Source of the DNA: Candidatus Bathyarchaeota archaeon
GTDB taxonomy: Archaea > Thermoproteota > Bathyarchaeia > Bathyarchaeales > Bathycorpusculaceae
Length of the DNA: 64,000 nucleotides
Assembly (NCBI GenBank): GCA_963832745.1
Contig: CAWHVC010000001.1
Span: 32,001-96,000, forward strand
Reading direction: 5' to 3'
How positions within the stretch are numbered: position 1 is the stretch's first letter; each line of letters starts with the position of its first letter. Of the stretch, positions 40,308 to 51,312 are shown piece by piece. The notes below the pieces were generated by a model. That model made no database searches, was not told the origin of the DNA, and worked only from the letters and a program-made list of their open reading frames with translations. Both the position numbers and the translations under genes were made by a program.

Positions 40308-40802
40308 TTGCCAAAAATAATTGCTGTAGTCGGCGAAAAACACTCTGGAAAAACTACAATAATCGAAAACTTAATTATTGAACTAAAAAAACGAGGTTAC
40401 CACATTGGCGCCATAAAAGAAATGGTCCGCATCCCAACTTTGGACACGCCGAAAACAGAAACCGACCGTTATGTCCAAGCAGGTGCAGAAAAAATTGTTG
40501 CCGTTCCCCGTAATGAAACCGTCATATTCATAAAAAAACGCTTAACCATAAACGAAATTTTGCCTCACTTGCAGGATTTGGATTATGCCATTTTGGAAGG
40601 CTTTGAGACTGAGCAGACAGTGCTTAAGATTGTGGCTGCGAAAAATTTTGAGGAAGCATACAGCTTCATGGATGGCTCGGTTGTTGCTGTTTCTGGTTTA
40701 ATTATGGAGTCAGCAAAGGAGCGATCAAAAGCTTTCGAGTTAAATGTGCCTTTGTTTAGTTGTATAACACATGCTGACAAACTTGCCGATTTGATTGAAT
40801 AA
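40308..40802 (+). CDS. mobB: second MobB-like protein
   Basis: GEKHSGKTT, GAIK, DTPKTET.R...AGA, LEGF. Confidence 0.88.
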   Translation: MPKIIAVVGEKHSGKTTIIENLIIELKKRGYHIGAIKEMVRIPTLDTPKTETDRYVQAGAEKIVAVPRNETVIFIKKRLTINEILPHLQDLDYAILEGFETEQTVLKIVAAKNFEEAYSFMDGSVVAVSGLIMESAKERSKAFELNVPLFSCITHADKLADLIE

Positions 40803-40925
40803 AAATGGGTTTCATCAGCCTATAATTCTAAAAAGCCACCAATGTTATCGGTGTTGGTAATTATTGTTAGTAAGCTAATTATTCTACGAATGCTAACTTG
40901 CTTATAGCAGGTTGTTGTATTTCTT

Positions 40926-42699
40926 ATGTTATTTAAGGATCCAGTTTGTGGAATGCCGGTTGACCCGCAAAAGACACCTTTCAAAGCACAATTTTTAGGA
41001 AAACAATATTATTTCGACACCGAATATTGCCAGAATACTTTTGTTGAAGGGGACCGTGTTGCTTACTTCTCCATGGAGATTGGAATAGACAGTAAAGTGC
41101 CTACCTACAGCGGGGGGCTAGGTATTTTGGCAGGTGACGTTATTCGTTCAAGCGCCGATTTACGTATATTATTGATTGCGGTAACGCTGATTAGCAAAAA
41201 AGGCTACTTAAAACAAAAAATCACTCCAGACGGCTGGCAACTTGAAGATCCCTGAAGAATGGGACCCTTCACAATACATGGAACTTTTGCCGGTTACTAC
41301 AACGGTAAAAATATCTGGAAGAGATGTAAAAGTTGGCGCATGGGTTTATGAGCAGAACAGCCTTACTGGCGGTACTATACCCGTACTATTTCTTACTACT
41401 GATATAGATGGTAATAATCCTGAAGATAGGCAAATAACTGATTACCTTTATGGTGGCGATGACTCTTATAGACTCAAACAAGAAATAGTTCTGGGCGTCG
41501 GTGGTTATCGTCTACTTAATGCGTTAAATGTTAATGTTAAAAAGTACCATATGAATGAGGGGCACTCAAGTCTATTAACTCTTGAATTGCTGAAAAATAA
41601 CGGATTCAACGCTGATAAAGTAAGGGACGTGTGTGTTTTTACGACTCATACCCCTGTGGCTGCAGCTTTCGACAAGTTCCCATATGACCTTGTGTCAAAA
41701 ACTTTTGAGACCACTATCTCTACTGAAATTTTAAAGACATTTGCTGGGGAAGACAACCTTAACATGACTTTGTTAGCCTTGAACCTTAGCAAGTATACTA
41801 ACGGTGTTACAGAAGCTCATATGGAGTATTCAAGAAAACTTTTTCCAGGTTACCACATTCAAGAAATAACAAATGGAGTGCACTCCTTTACTTGGACAGC
41901 CCCCTCGTTTAGAAAACTTTTTGACAAACACATTCCACGATGGGCTAATGAACCTGAACTATTAGTCAGAGTTGATGCAATACCTGAAGAGGAACTCTGG
42001 GAAGCGCATATGCAAGCTAAAGCGGCACTTATTGATTATGTTTATCTTAACAAAAAAATCGCTTTAGACAAAGACGTCCTAACTTTGGGTTTTGCTAGAC
42101 GTGCAACGGAATATAAACGTGCAACAATGCTCTTCTCAAATATCGACCAACTTCTCCAGTTAAAAGACAAGGGCAATATTCAGTTTATTCTTGCAGGAAA
42201 AGCACATCCAAAAGATATAGGTGGAAAAAACCTCATCAAGGAAATTTATCAGCACATCGAGCAGTTGAAAGGGCAAATTAAAATTGTTTACTTAGAAAAC
42301 TATAACATGGAAATGGCGCAGAAGTTGACATCGGGAGTTGATGTTTGGCTTAATACGCCTCTTCCGCCTTACGAGGCTTCTGGAACTAGTGGCATGAAAG
42401 CAGCTCATAATGGTGTTATCAATTTTAGTATCCTTGATGGTTGGTGGATAGAAGGTTGTGTAGAAGGTTTAACCGGTTGGTCAATTGGGCCATCACCTGA
42501 CGAAACTGTTAGTGAACAAGAAAGACGCAAAAAAGAGTTGGCTGATCTTTACGGTAAGCTTGAATTTTTGATTATGCCGAAATTTTACAGCCAAGAAGAT
42601 ACTTGGATACGTATGATGCGGAACTCTATTGGAAAGATTGCATATTATTTTAATACTCACCGAATGATGAGAAACTATGCAACAGCCGCCTACCTTTAA
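40926..42699 (+). pseudogene. glgP: alpha-glucan phosphorylase with N-terminal YHS-like domain, frameshifted (error or pseudogene)
   Basis: AYFSME, YSGGLG.LAGD, HMNEGH, EASGTSGMK; extra C at 41250-41252 splits the gene. Confidence 0.92.
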
Positions 42700-42805
42700 T
42701 TTTTATTTTTTATGCAAATCACTAAGGGTGGTAGGTGTTATTGGCTGTTTTTCAAGCCAAAAGTATGTTGAATTTGGGTTGAAGGTTTTTTAGTTCCTTA
42801 AAGGA

Positions 42806-44056
42806 ATGTTTCTCGGTATGAGCAACGGTTTAGTCTGGCAACGACAAGTTTTGCCCAATGGACTGCGGGTTCTGTATCTTCCAAAACCTTCCGCAAATAC
42901 TGTGCAACTTTCAGTTGCGGTAGAGTATGGTTCCAATAGTGAAGCTGAAGCGGAGGCGGGTTCAGCACATTTTCTTGAACATATGCTTGCCGGCGGTTCA
43001 GGCAAACGCATACAGCAATCCCGTAGCATCGAAAGCCACGGCGGCAGCCTGAACTTTTACACAGACCACGAATATACCATGAGCTTCGTGGACGTTTTGC
43101 CAGAAAGTCTACCACAAACTTCCCAAGTTCTCTCCGAACTGCTGTTTGATAACGCTTTTGAAGAGGAAAAATTTGAGTCTGAACGCAAAATTATCCTTAA
43201 TGAGCTTGCTGAGGTTTCTGATGACCCCGCTGAACTGATTGATGAGTTGCTGCTAAAGAACCTGTTCAAAAATCATCCAATTAAGCGCCCTATCGGTGGT
43301 TACCCAAAAACTCTCAACCATCTAAATCTAAGTCAACTTGAAACAATCCACACCGCGGCTTATGAACCTCAAAACATGATTCTCATGTTAATGGGCAACT
43401 TGTCTGACAGCCAAATCCAAGCGGTACTCAAACATTTTGAAGATAAGCCCAAACAGCAAAAAATAGCCAAACAGGTCCGTCCACAAGAAACCGCCAAACC
43501 AACTGCAACGGCGTCTAAACGTAAAAGCGGCATCACCCAAACCTATCTAAGCGTTGGAACAAAAACGGTTAACACAAAAAGCCCAGACGCTCCCAAACTG
43601 GATTTAATCGGAATGATTCTTGGAGGCGGTGCCAGTTCACGTATGTTCATTGAACTCCGAGAGAAACGGGCATTAACTTACGATGTGGTGGCGGCTCACA
43701 GTAAGGGCTTGGATTTTGGTTACCTATGTATAAGTTGCGCCGTGAAAAACTCTAATTTGGAAAAGACTCGTGAGTTGATTTTCAAAGAGTTTGCCAAGCT
43801 GCGGGAGGATAAGGTTTTGGAGGAGGAGCTTGAACGCAACAAGAAACTGATTGTAAGCGGTATCCTTCGGGGGATTGATAGTCCTGATGATTGTCAAGAT
43901 ATTTTGGCGTTTATGGAAATCCAGTTTAATCACGAAAAAGCACTCAGCAGCTATTTAGAGAAAATTAAGGCTGTCACCATCGATGACATTCTGGATTCTG
44001 CCCAGCTGTACCTGCAAGAAGACAACTTTACATCTGCAATTCTTAAGCCAAAATAG
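42806..44056 (+). CDS. M16 family zinc peptidase
   Basis: AHFLEH, ILGGGASSRMF.ELREKR. Confidence 0.93.
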   Translation: MFLGMSNGLVWQRQVLPNGLRVLYLPKPSANTVQLSVAVEYGSNSEAEAEAGSAHFLEHMLAGGSGKRIQQSRSIESHGGSLNFYTDHEYTMSFVDVLPESLPQTSQVLSELLFDNAFEEEKFESERKIILNELAEVSDDPAELIDELLLKNLFKNHPIKRPIGGYPKTLNHLNLSQLETIHTAAYEPQNMILMLMGNLSDSQIQAVLKHFEDKPKQQKIAKQVRPQETAKPTATASKRKSGITQTYLSVGTKTVNTKSPDAPKLDLIGMILGGGASSRMFIELREKRALTYDVVAAHSKGLDFGYLCISCAVKNSNLEKTRELIFKEFAKLREDKVLEEELERNKKLIVSGILRGIDSPDDCQDILAFMEIQFNHEKALSSYLEKIKAVTIDDILDSAQLYLQEDNFTSAILKPK

Positions 44057-44178
44057 CCGCCAAAACGCCATTTAACCCTGCGTGTACATGAAAAACCTGC
44101 ATAAAAGGGTCAAACAGATGCAGCCCTGAAAAGTAAAAAACCAATTATCCTCCCATACCCACGTTTATTGATGTATGG

Positions 44179-45138
44179 GTGGCGTGGCTGGTTTTGCCCA
44201 AAATTTTTAGAGACTTCACTGCTCGGTTAATTTCAGCAGCGTTGCCAAAGGTGGCTTGGGACAAAAGGTATTATCGACAATGGGAAAAAGTGGGGTATCA
44301 TGTTACGCCGAATCACTTCTTTTTTCCAATCCCTGACTCAGAAGGGTTACCAGATAGGTTATGGACACAGGAGTCGCAGCTTGTCGGAGTAAACATGCGT
44401 CCTGAAGAGCAACTGCGCCTGCTAACCGAAGTTTTCCCCAAATACAAAGAAGAAACCCTTTTTCCTAAAACACAAACAGGCAACAATCATGACTTTTATT
44501 TGGATAACGGTTCATTTGGTCCAGTGGACGCTGAAGTATTGCACGCGATGATTCGCCATTTCAAGCCCCAACGCGTAATCGAAATAGGTTCCGGCTACTC
44601 CACGCTCATTTCAGCCAAAGCCTGCCTGTTAAACAAACAAAAAGATGATGTGCAAACAGAACTGATTGCGATTGAGCCGTATCCAAACGAGACCTTGAAA
44701 GGCGGTTTTCCCGGTTTAACAGAGTTGATTCAGAAACCGCTTGAACAAGTGGATTTGGGCATGTTTTCAGGTTTAGGCGAAAATGATTTCCTGTTTATTG
44801 ACTCTACGCATGTGCTGAAAATCGGTGGAGACGTGAAATACTTGTATCTTGAAGTGTTGCCTCGGGTTGCAAGCGGCGTTATTGTTCACAGTCATGACAT
44901 TTTCTTTCCAGGAGAATACCCTCAGTATTGGATTAAAGAGAACCATTGGTTTTGGACTGAGCAGTATTTGTTGCAAGCATTTTTGGCGTTTAACAGCGAA
45001 TTTGAAGTTTTGTGGGCAAGCCAATACATGAGCCGCAGGTACCCCAAAGAAGTCGCTCAAGCTTTTCAATCCTACAGCAACGATGTTTGTCCAGGCAGTT
45101 TATGGCTGAAAAGAAAACTCTATAGGCCCACACCATAA
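44179..45138 (+). CDS. class I SAM-dependent methyltransferase
   Basis: IEIGSGYST, LFIDSTH, HSHDIF. Confidence 0.9.
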   Translation: MAWLVLPKIFRDFTARLISAALPKVAWDKRYYRQWEKVGYHVTPNHFFFPIPDSEGLPDRLWTQESQLVGVNMRPEEQLRLLTEVFPKYKEETLFPKTQTGNNHDFYLDNGSFGPVDAEVLHAMIRHFKPQRVIEIGSGYSTLISAKACLLNKQKDDVQTELIAIEPYPNETLKGGFPGLTELIQKPLEQVDLGMFSGLGENDFLFIDSTHVLKIGGDVKYLYLEVLPRVASGVIVHSHDIFFPGEYPQYWIKENHWFWTEQYLLQAFLAFNSEFEVLWASQYMSRRYPKEVAQAFQSYSNDVCPGSLWLKRKLYRPTP

Positions 45139-46919
45139 GCAGCATCAAGCATTTTCTCAAACGGATGCTCACCAGAATCAAAATCTAACGGCAACTCCAC
45201 CACAATTGTTGTACCCTTCTTATGTTCACTTTCAGCAACAATTTTTCCGCCATGCGCCTCCACAGACCGTTTGCAGATGGCTAAACCAAAACCCATGCCT
45301 TTGGCTTTAGTGGTGAACAGTGGTGACCAAATTCTACTTAATATTTCAGGAGTCATGCCTTCGCCTGTGTCTGTAAAACTGAAGCAGATTTTTCCGTTGG
45401 CTGTTTTGGTTTTTATTGTTAAGCTTCCACCGTTTGGCATGGCGTCATACGAGTTTTTTATGATGTTGATAAAGCCGCGGCAGATTTTAGGGGCATCAAC
45501 TTTGAATGGTAAGGCTTCAGTGGCTTGGTTAATGACTTGTATGTTTGGGGGCGGCGGGATATATTCTAAAGAGGTTTGGACAAGTTTTTGTGGGGTTGTG
45601 TTTTCTGTTTCAAGTTGTATGTCGTTTGAGTAATCGATTAAATCGTTGACGATTTTGTTTGAGTAATCTATACTTTTGTCGATTGTTTCAAACATTACTT
45701 TATCTTTGGTGTCAAGCATTGCGGAGTATTTTGTTTTTAGGTAATAAGCAGCGCCCTTTATGCCTGTTAAGGGGTTACGTAGGTCATGTCCAATTATGCC
45801 GGCTAGTTCACCGATTGAAGCAAGCCTTTGAGTGTCAAGTAGTTTCTTGCTTAACTCTTTCTGTTCGGTAACGTCATGAAGAACAAAGGCTATGCCGACT
45901 TCTTGCCCTTGATTGTTGGTAACCAGAGAGCATGAGAGGCTTGCAAACTTTTTATCTCCTGATTTCGTAAAAAAATTGATTTCATAATTTTTTGTTTCTT
46001 TTTGTTTGCGTAGATTAGCCATTATTTGTGGGGTTTCCTCACCCTTGTTTAGAACATTATATTGGTTCATTACTTGCTTGACAGACTTTCCAACGATATC
46101 TTTCTCCCTGTATCCGGAAAGCTCCAAAAGAGCCTTGTTAACCTTAACTATGATACCTTCCAAATTTACTAGGATAACTGAGTCAGGCATTGTTGAAAAC
46201 ACGTTTTCAGCTGCTATTTCAACGTTTAATCCGAACAGTTCATGCTTAACTACAGCGTAGGCGACGATGCACCCTGTAAAACTTGTGGCGATACTTCCCG
46301 ATACGGGAACGTTAATGCCCGTCACTGGAAAGATTGAATCCGTAATTATTGACATTATAATCGGAATAGCAAAACCGACAGCGACAAATCTAGTTTGGTC
46401 TTTTTTTGTTTTATCTGTTAAACGGTAATAGTACTGGGAATATAACAGTAGGGTCAGTAGCATAGTTGCAGCTGCCCAAATGCCGTCTAAACTAGAAAGC
46501 ACTGAATAAGCTGGGTAACTTGCAACATAACCCCAAGGCATTAAAACTGGCGCTTGAGAAATCCAGTTTGTAGTTAAATCAACAAGCGAAAAAAACAGTG
46601 CTGGCAGGTAAATCAGTAAGTAGGCTGTCTTCTTTTTTAGGATGCTGTTTTCAGTGAAGACAAGGGTAAAATGAAGTGCAACTGAAATAATAAGCGGCCA
46701 AAGAAACAAGAATTTATTCCAAAACCATGCGGTTTCAACGTTTGGAGCTCTAACCAGCATGAACTCGCCTAATGCCCAATACGCGTTAGCCAGCATTACT
46801 AAGGCGAAAAGCCTGTTAATCGTGGCTTTTCTGTTTAGAAAATAAACGCCTAACCCTAAGCCGATGCATATTCCGCATGCGCACATGCTGAGCAGAGCGT
46901 AATTTTCCATGTGAGTCAT
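45120..46919 (-). CDS. 7TM-PAS sensor histidine kinase
   Basis: about 7 TM helices, PAS, HDLRNPL, DTGEGM, GMGFGL. Confidence 0.94.
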   Translation of the reverse strand: MTHMENYALLSMCACGICIGLGLGVYFLNRKATINRLFALVMLANAYWALGEFMLVRAPNVETAWFWNKFLFLWPLIISVALHFTLVFTENSILKKKTAYLLIYLPALFFSLVDLTTNWISQAPVLMPWGYVASYPAYSVLSSLDGIWAAATMLLTLLLYSQYYYRLTDKTKKDQTRFVAVGFAIPIIMSIITDSIFPVTGINVPVSGSIATSFTGCIVAYAVVKHELFGLNVEIAAENVFSTMPDSVILVNLEGIIVKVNKALLELSGYREKDIVGKSVKQVMNQYNVLNKGEETPQIMANLRKQKETKNYEINFFTKSGDKKFASLSCSLVTNNQGQEVGIAFVLHDVTEQKELSKKLLDTQRLASIGELAGIIGHDLRNPLTGIKGAAYYLKTKYSAMLDTKDKVMFETIDKSIDYSNKIVNDLIDYSNDIQLETENTTPQKLVQTSLEYIPPPPNIQVINQATEALPFKVDAPKICRGFINIIKNSYDAMPNGGSLTIKTKTANGKICFSFTDTGEGMTPEILSRIWSPLFTTKAKGMGFGLAICKRSVEAHGGKIVAESEHKKGTTIVVELPLDFDSGEHPFEKMLDAAYGVGL

Positions 46920-47262
46920 TCCGTTTATGGGTTTGTTAGTGGAAGCCTAACTTGCATGTTTAGTTATACGAGCAAATTTTGAATAAATTAGTGTGTGCGG
47001 AATTTTCTGGATTCACAATATTTTGTTTTGGATTCCTTAGATTTGCCAATTATTTTCTTTAACACCAAGTTAAGACGCAAAATGTTATGGGTCTGCTCTG
47101 CATGTTACATTTTTTAGCAAATAGTAACTTGTTAAACAAGTTGCCCATTAAGCTCCTTTCATCTTACTGCCTGGAAACTCAAATCAGCATACTTTTATTT
47201 GTGACGCAAGAACTATGCTATCGTAAACCAGAAAACTTTGAAACAGGAAGCTGCATGCAGTT

Positions 47263-48792
47263 ATGGTTGAGCTACGAGTACAAGAACAGCAAGTCCTTTT
47301 AGGCTTAGAAAAAAACGGTGGAAAAGCATCAGTAGAACAATTAATTAACTCATGCAACCTACCAGACGCCGCCGTAATGCGCAACGCCCTAATCCTGCAA
47401 GAAAAAAGCCTATTAACTATACATGCCGCAACCCAAAACGTAATCAAACTAACCGATGAAGGCAAAACCTACGCCCAAAACGGTTTGCCAGAACGCAAAC
47501 TCATACTTGCCGTCGCAGAAATGGGCGGCCAAGCAGACCTAAAAAAAGCTGCAGAAAAAGCAGGCATAAACGCCCAGTTTATCCAAATAGCTTTGGGTTG
47601 GGTTATCCGTAAAAAATGGGCAATCTTTTCCAGCCAGAGCAATACGGTTAACATTTCAGAAAAGTTACTTCACGAAACTGTGATTCCAGAAGGCTGCGAC
47701 GAAAACCTTCTCAAATTTTTATCCAACCGAGAACAAGCAGCGATGGACGAATTAAGTGAAGCATTAAAAGCTGAGGCTGAACAGCTTAAAAAACGTAAAC
47801 TGGTTGTTATTGAACTAAAAACCACACGGGTCCTTCAAATTACAGAGGACGGTAAAGTTGCGCTTGCTGAAGGCAAAACAGTCCAGCAAGAAGTCACTCA
47901 ACTAACTCCCGAACTTATTATTACAGGAAAATGGCACACTACTAAACTACAAAAATACAACATTGAAGCTCCCGTCGCCAAAACTTGGCCCGGCAAAAAG
48001 CATCCTTACCTAAGCTTCCTTGATGAAGTTCGCGCTAAACTTGTAACTTTGGGCTTCCAAGAAATGACGGGCACCAGCGTTGAAACTAGCTTCTTCAACT
48101 TTGACGCCTTAAACGTGCCACAAGACCATCCAGCAAGGGAAGCAAGCGACATTTACTACATCAAAGACCCCGAATACGGTGATGTAAGCAGTCACGGCGC
48201 CGCGGTCGAGCACATAAAAGAAACCCATGAGAACGGCTGGAAAACCGGCTCTACCGGTTGGGGATACAAATACTCGCTTCTTGCCGCACAACGACTGATT
48301 TTGCGTGGTCACGGCACTTGTCTTAGTGCACGCACTCTTGAAAGCAAAGAATTGCAGGTTCCAAGCAAATACTTCTCAATTGCCCGCGTCTACCGCCCCG
48401 AAGTCGTAGACAGAACACATCTTTCAGAATTCAACCAAGTTGAAGGAATCATCGTTGACCCAGACCTGAACCTCAAAGACCTGCTTGGTGTGCTTGGCAA
48501 GTTTGCCATGGAAATCGCGGGAGCCGACAAAGTCCGTTTCAAACCTGACTATTTCCCATTCACAGAACCCAGCGTGGAACTAAGTGCTTACAAGGAAGGC
48601 TACGGCTGGATCGAATTCGGCGGCTCTGGAATTTTCCGTCCAGAAGTCACCAAGCCACTTGGTGTAGACGTGCCTGTTATCGCTTGGGGCTTAGGGGTAG
48701 ACCGCTTGTTTATGATGCGTTCATGCATCGACGACATCCGAATGATATTTTGTCCGAACCTTGAATGGTTACGTAAAAAGCAGGTGACATGA
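47263..48792 (+). CDS. pheS: phenylalanine-tRNA ligase alpha subunit
   Basis: NFDAL..PQDHPARE, FPFTEPS, GSGIFRPE. Confidence 0.98.
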   Translation: MVELRVQEQQVLLGLEKNGGKASVEQLINSCNLPDAAVMRNALILQEKSLLTIHAATQNVIKLTDEGKTYAQNGLPERKLILAVAEMGGQADLKKAAEKAGINAQFIQIALGWVIRKKWAIFSSQSNTVNISEKLLHETVIPEGCDENLLKFLSNREQAAMDELSEALKAEAEQLKKRKLVVIELKTTRVLQITEDGKVALAEGKTVQQEVTQLTPELIITGKWHTTKLQKYNIEAPVAKTWPGKKHPYLSFLDEVRAKLVTLGFQEMTGTSVETSFFNFDALNVPQDHPAREASDIYYIKDPEYGDVSSHGAAVEHIKETHENGWKTGSTGWGYKYSLLAAQRLILRGHGTCLSARTLESKELQVPSKYFSIARVYRPEVVDRTHLSEFNQVEGIIVDPDLNLKDLLGVLGKFAMEIAGADKVRFKPDYFPFTEPSVELSAYKEGYGWIEFGGSGIFRPEVTKPLGVDVPVIAWGLGVDRLFMMRSCIDDIRMIFCPNLEWLRKKQVT

Positions 48793-48793
48793 G

Positions 48794-50500
48794 ATGCCGA
48801 CAATTGACATGGAATACAAAGAACTCGAACAGTTACTCAACATAGAACTTAACGGTGACATGGAAAAGCTTGACGACATTTTAGCTTACGTTAAAGCCGA
48901 AGTAAAAGGCTACAACAAGCAAGACCAAACAGTCAACATCGAATTCAAAGACACTAACAGGCCAGACCTTTGGAGCGTTGAAGGCTTAGCACGTGCACTC
49001 AGCGGCTACCTTGGTCAAGAAAAAGGATTGAAACAGTATTGTGCCGACAAATCCGCTGTCGAAGTTTTCGTCAGCAAAGAACTCTACACTGTTCGCCCCT
49101 ATATTGCATGCGCCGTCGTCAAAGACATCCATCTTTCAGATGCAATTATCCGTGGTTTAATGCATTTGCAGGAGAAACTTGACCAAACCTACGGCAGAAG
49201 CCGCCAAAAAACCAGCATCGGCATCTACAACCTTGACTTAATCAAGCCGCCAATCGAATACACAGCAGTCAAACCTACTGAGGCTACGTTTGTGCCGTTG
49301 GGTTTCACGGGGAAGATGGGGCTTGACGAAATCTTGGAAAAGCACCCGAAAGGTTGCGAGTACGGTCACATAGTCAAACGTAACCCGCTGTATCCGATGC
49401 TCTTTGATGCTGACGGCAAAGTTTTGTCTTTCCCGCCAATCATCAATTCTTGCGACTTGGGCAAAGTAACCGAGGAATCACGCAACTTGCTTGTTGAAGT
49501 TACAGGCACACTGCACAAGACCGTGTTTAACACGTTAAACCTTGTCACGACCATGTTGATTGACAGGGGAGGAAAAGCCTACACAACAACGATTCATTAC
49601 CCCGAGAACTCGGATTACACGGAACATACTGTGATTACACCTAACTTTAGTAACAGATGCATGCAGTTAAGCGTTGAGTACACCAACAAAATCCTTGGCT
49701 TGGGCTTGACGGCTAAACGTATCGCAGAACTGCTTGAAATCGCCGGACTGGGCATCGACAAAGTCACCGACACCGAAGTCTCCGTGCTGGTTCCCTGCTA
49801 CCGCATAGACGTCATGCACCAAGTAGACCTAATCGAAGACGTCGCAGTCGCTTATGGCTACAACAACATCGTACCAAACTGGCGCGAACTGCCCACCATC
49901 GGAAGAGCAAAACCCGACCAGCACCTAATCAACCTTGCACGCGACCTCATGATTGGCCTTGGCTACCAAGAAATCCTCAGCACCACGCTAACCAATCCAG
50001 AAAGCCTTTTTGACAAAATGGCTGCCTCGCGTAAACCCCTTATGGAGCTTTGCAACCCCAAAGTCGTAACCATGACCTGCCTACGCAACTGGCTGCTCCC
50101 AGGGCTCATGGAATTTTTAAGTATCAACCAATCAGTAGAGTTTCCGCAGAAAATCTATGAACTCGGCAAAGTCACGCTGCCTGATGAATCACGCGAGACA
50201 AAGGTGCGAGAAGAAGAATGGCTCACAGCAGTCACAACACACCCAACAGCAGGCTTTAGCGAAATCAAATCAGCGTTGGACTCGTTCTTCGCTAACTTTG
50301 GAGTTGAATGGCAAATAAAAGAAACCCTCCACCCAAGCTTCATTGAAGGTAGAGCAGGCAAAGTCATTGTAGCAGGTGAAGAAATCGGCATCGTTGGTGA
50401 AGTGTCTCCGCAGGTGTTGGAGAATTGGAAACTTGAAAACCCCGCAGGGGCTTTCGAAATTAACTTGCAAAAAATTTTAGATAAAAAATTGAAGCCTTAA
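48794..50500 (+). CDS. pheT: phenylalanine-tRNA ligase beta subunit
   Basis: NRPDLWSVEG, SFPPIINS, DLIEDVAVAYGY. Confidence 0.98.
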   Translation: MPTIDMEYKELEQLLNIELNGDMEKLDDILAYVKAEVKGYNKQDQTVNIEFKDTNRPDLWSVEGLARALSGYLGQEKGLKQYCADKSAVEVFVSKELYTVRPYIACAVVKDIHLSDAIIRGLMHLQEKLDQTYGRSRQKTSIGIYNLDLIKPPIEYTAVKPTEATFVPLGFTGKMGLDEILEKHPKGCEYGHIVKRNPLYPMLFDADGKVLSFPPIINSCDLGKVTEESRNLLVEVTGTLHKTVFNTLNLVTTMLIDRGGKAYTTTIHYPENSDYTEHTVITPNFSNRCMQLSVEYTNKILGLGLTAKRIAELLEIAGLGIDKVTDTEVSVLVPCYRIDVMHQVDLIEDVAVAYGYNNIVPNWRELPTIGRAKPDQHLINLARDLMIGLGYQEILSTTLTNPESLFDKMAASRKPLMELCNPKVVTMTCLRNWLLPGLMEFLSINQSVEFPQKIYELGKVTLPDESRETKVREEEWLTAVTTHPTAGFSEIKSALDSFFANFGVEWQIKETLHPSFIEGRAGKVIVAGEEIGIVGEVSPQVLENWKLENPAGAFEINLQKILDKKLKP

Positions 50501-50514
50501 GCATAGCTTCTTTT

Positions 50515-51312
50515 TTAGAACCATGCTAAGGTTCCGTTTTTCTTTGCTTTTTTAAGGCACCATGAATACACCATGTAACCCAGCGGCACAATGATCGCAC
50601 ACATTACCGCCAAAACTGCTACTCCCTGCCAAATCTCCAAAATGCCTGAACCTGTTAACGCGAAGCGTATGGTTGTAAAGAAGTAATATTGTGGCACGAC
50701 GTAACTGATTGCCTGCATCCAAAGTGGCATAACTGTTATCGGGAAAAGTACGTTCCCAAATAGGCTGGTTGCTAGGGTGATTACGGATGTTACTGGGTCA
50801 CCCTGCTTGGTTACAATGAGGATGCCTGCGCCTATCATGCTAAAACCCAAAAACGTTGCGACACCTAAAGCCAGAACGATTAAGGTTGAAAGCCAATTGA
50901 TACTTAAGACTACCCCGAACGCCAGAACACCTATGCCTAAGTAGACTACGACCACGCCGGTACTCCATATGAAGCCCCACAGCGAACTGCCAAGGATGAA
51001 TGTGGAGAGTCGAGTTGGGGACACAAGGACTTCTTCAAGCGCCCAAGGGTTAATGGTTTTCTGCACTAAGGTTAAGCTTTGGTTTAGGTATGTGCTAAAA
51101 GCTAAACCGATAAGCAGGTATGTGGTAAAGGGCATGTTGTATAGTTGCTCTACTGTTTCATTTACTGCGCTTGAACCCAAAAAAGCAAACGAAAGCGCAC
51201 CAAAAATCGCCGTTGCAACCAGCAGCAACATGTTGGTTTTGTAAGTGCTGAAACTGATGATGTCGCGTTTCATGAAGTAAAAAATTTTTTCCAGCTCTTC
51301 AAAAAAAGTCAA
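50515..51312 (-). CDS. ABC-2 type transporter permease
   Basis: 6 TM helices, LE..LVSP, FP...MP.W.Q. Confidence 0.9.
   Translation of the reverse strand: MTFFEELEKIFYFMKRDIISFSTYKTNMLLLVATAIFGALSFAFLGSSAVNETVEQLYNMPFTTYLLIGLAFSTYLNQSLTLVQKTINPWALEEVLVSPTRLSTFILGSSLWGFIWSTGVVVVYLGIGVLAFGVVLSINWLSTLIVLALGVATFLGFSMIGAGILIVTKQGDPVTSVITLATSLFGNVLFPITVMPLWMQAISYVVPQYYFFTTIRFALTGSGILEIWQGVAVLAVMCAIIVPLGYMVYSWCLKKAKKNGTLAWF

Noticed and set aside
41253-41255. TGA in glgP as selenocysteine or readthrough
   Set aside because: The continuation is in another frame, so a frameshift is required
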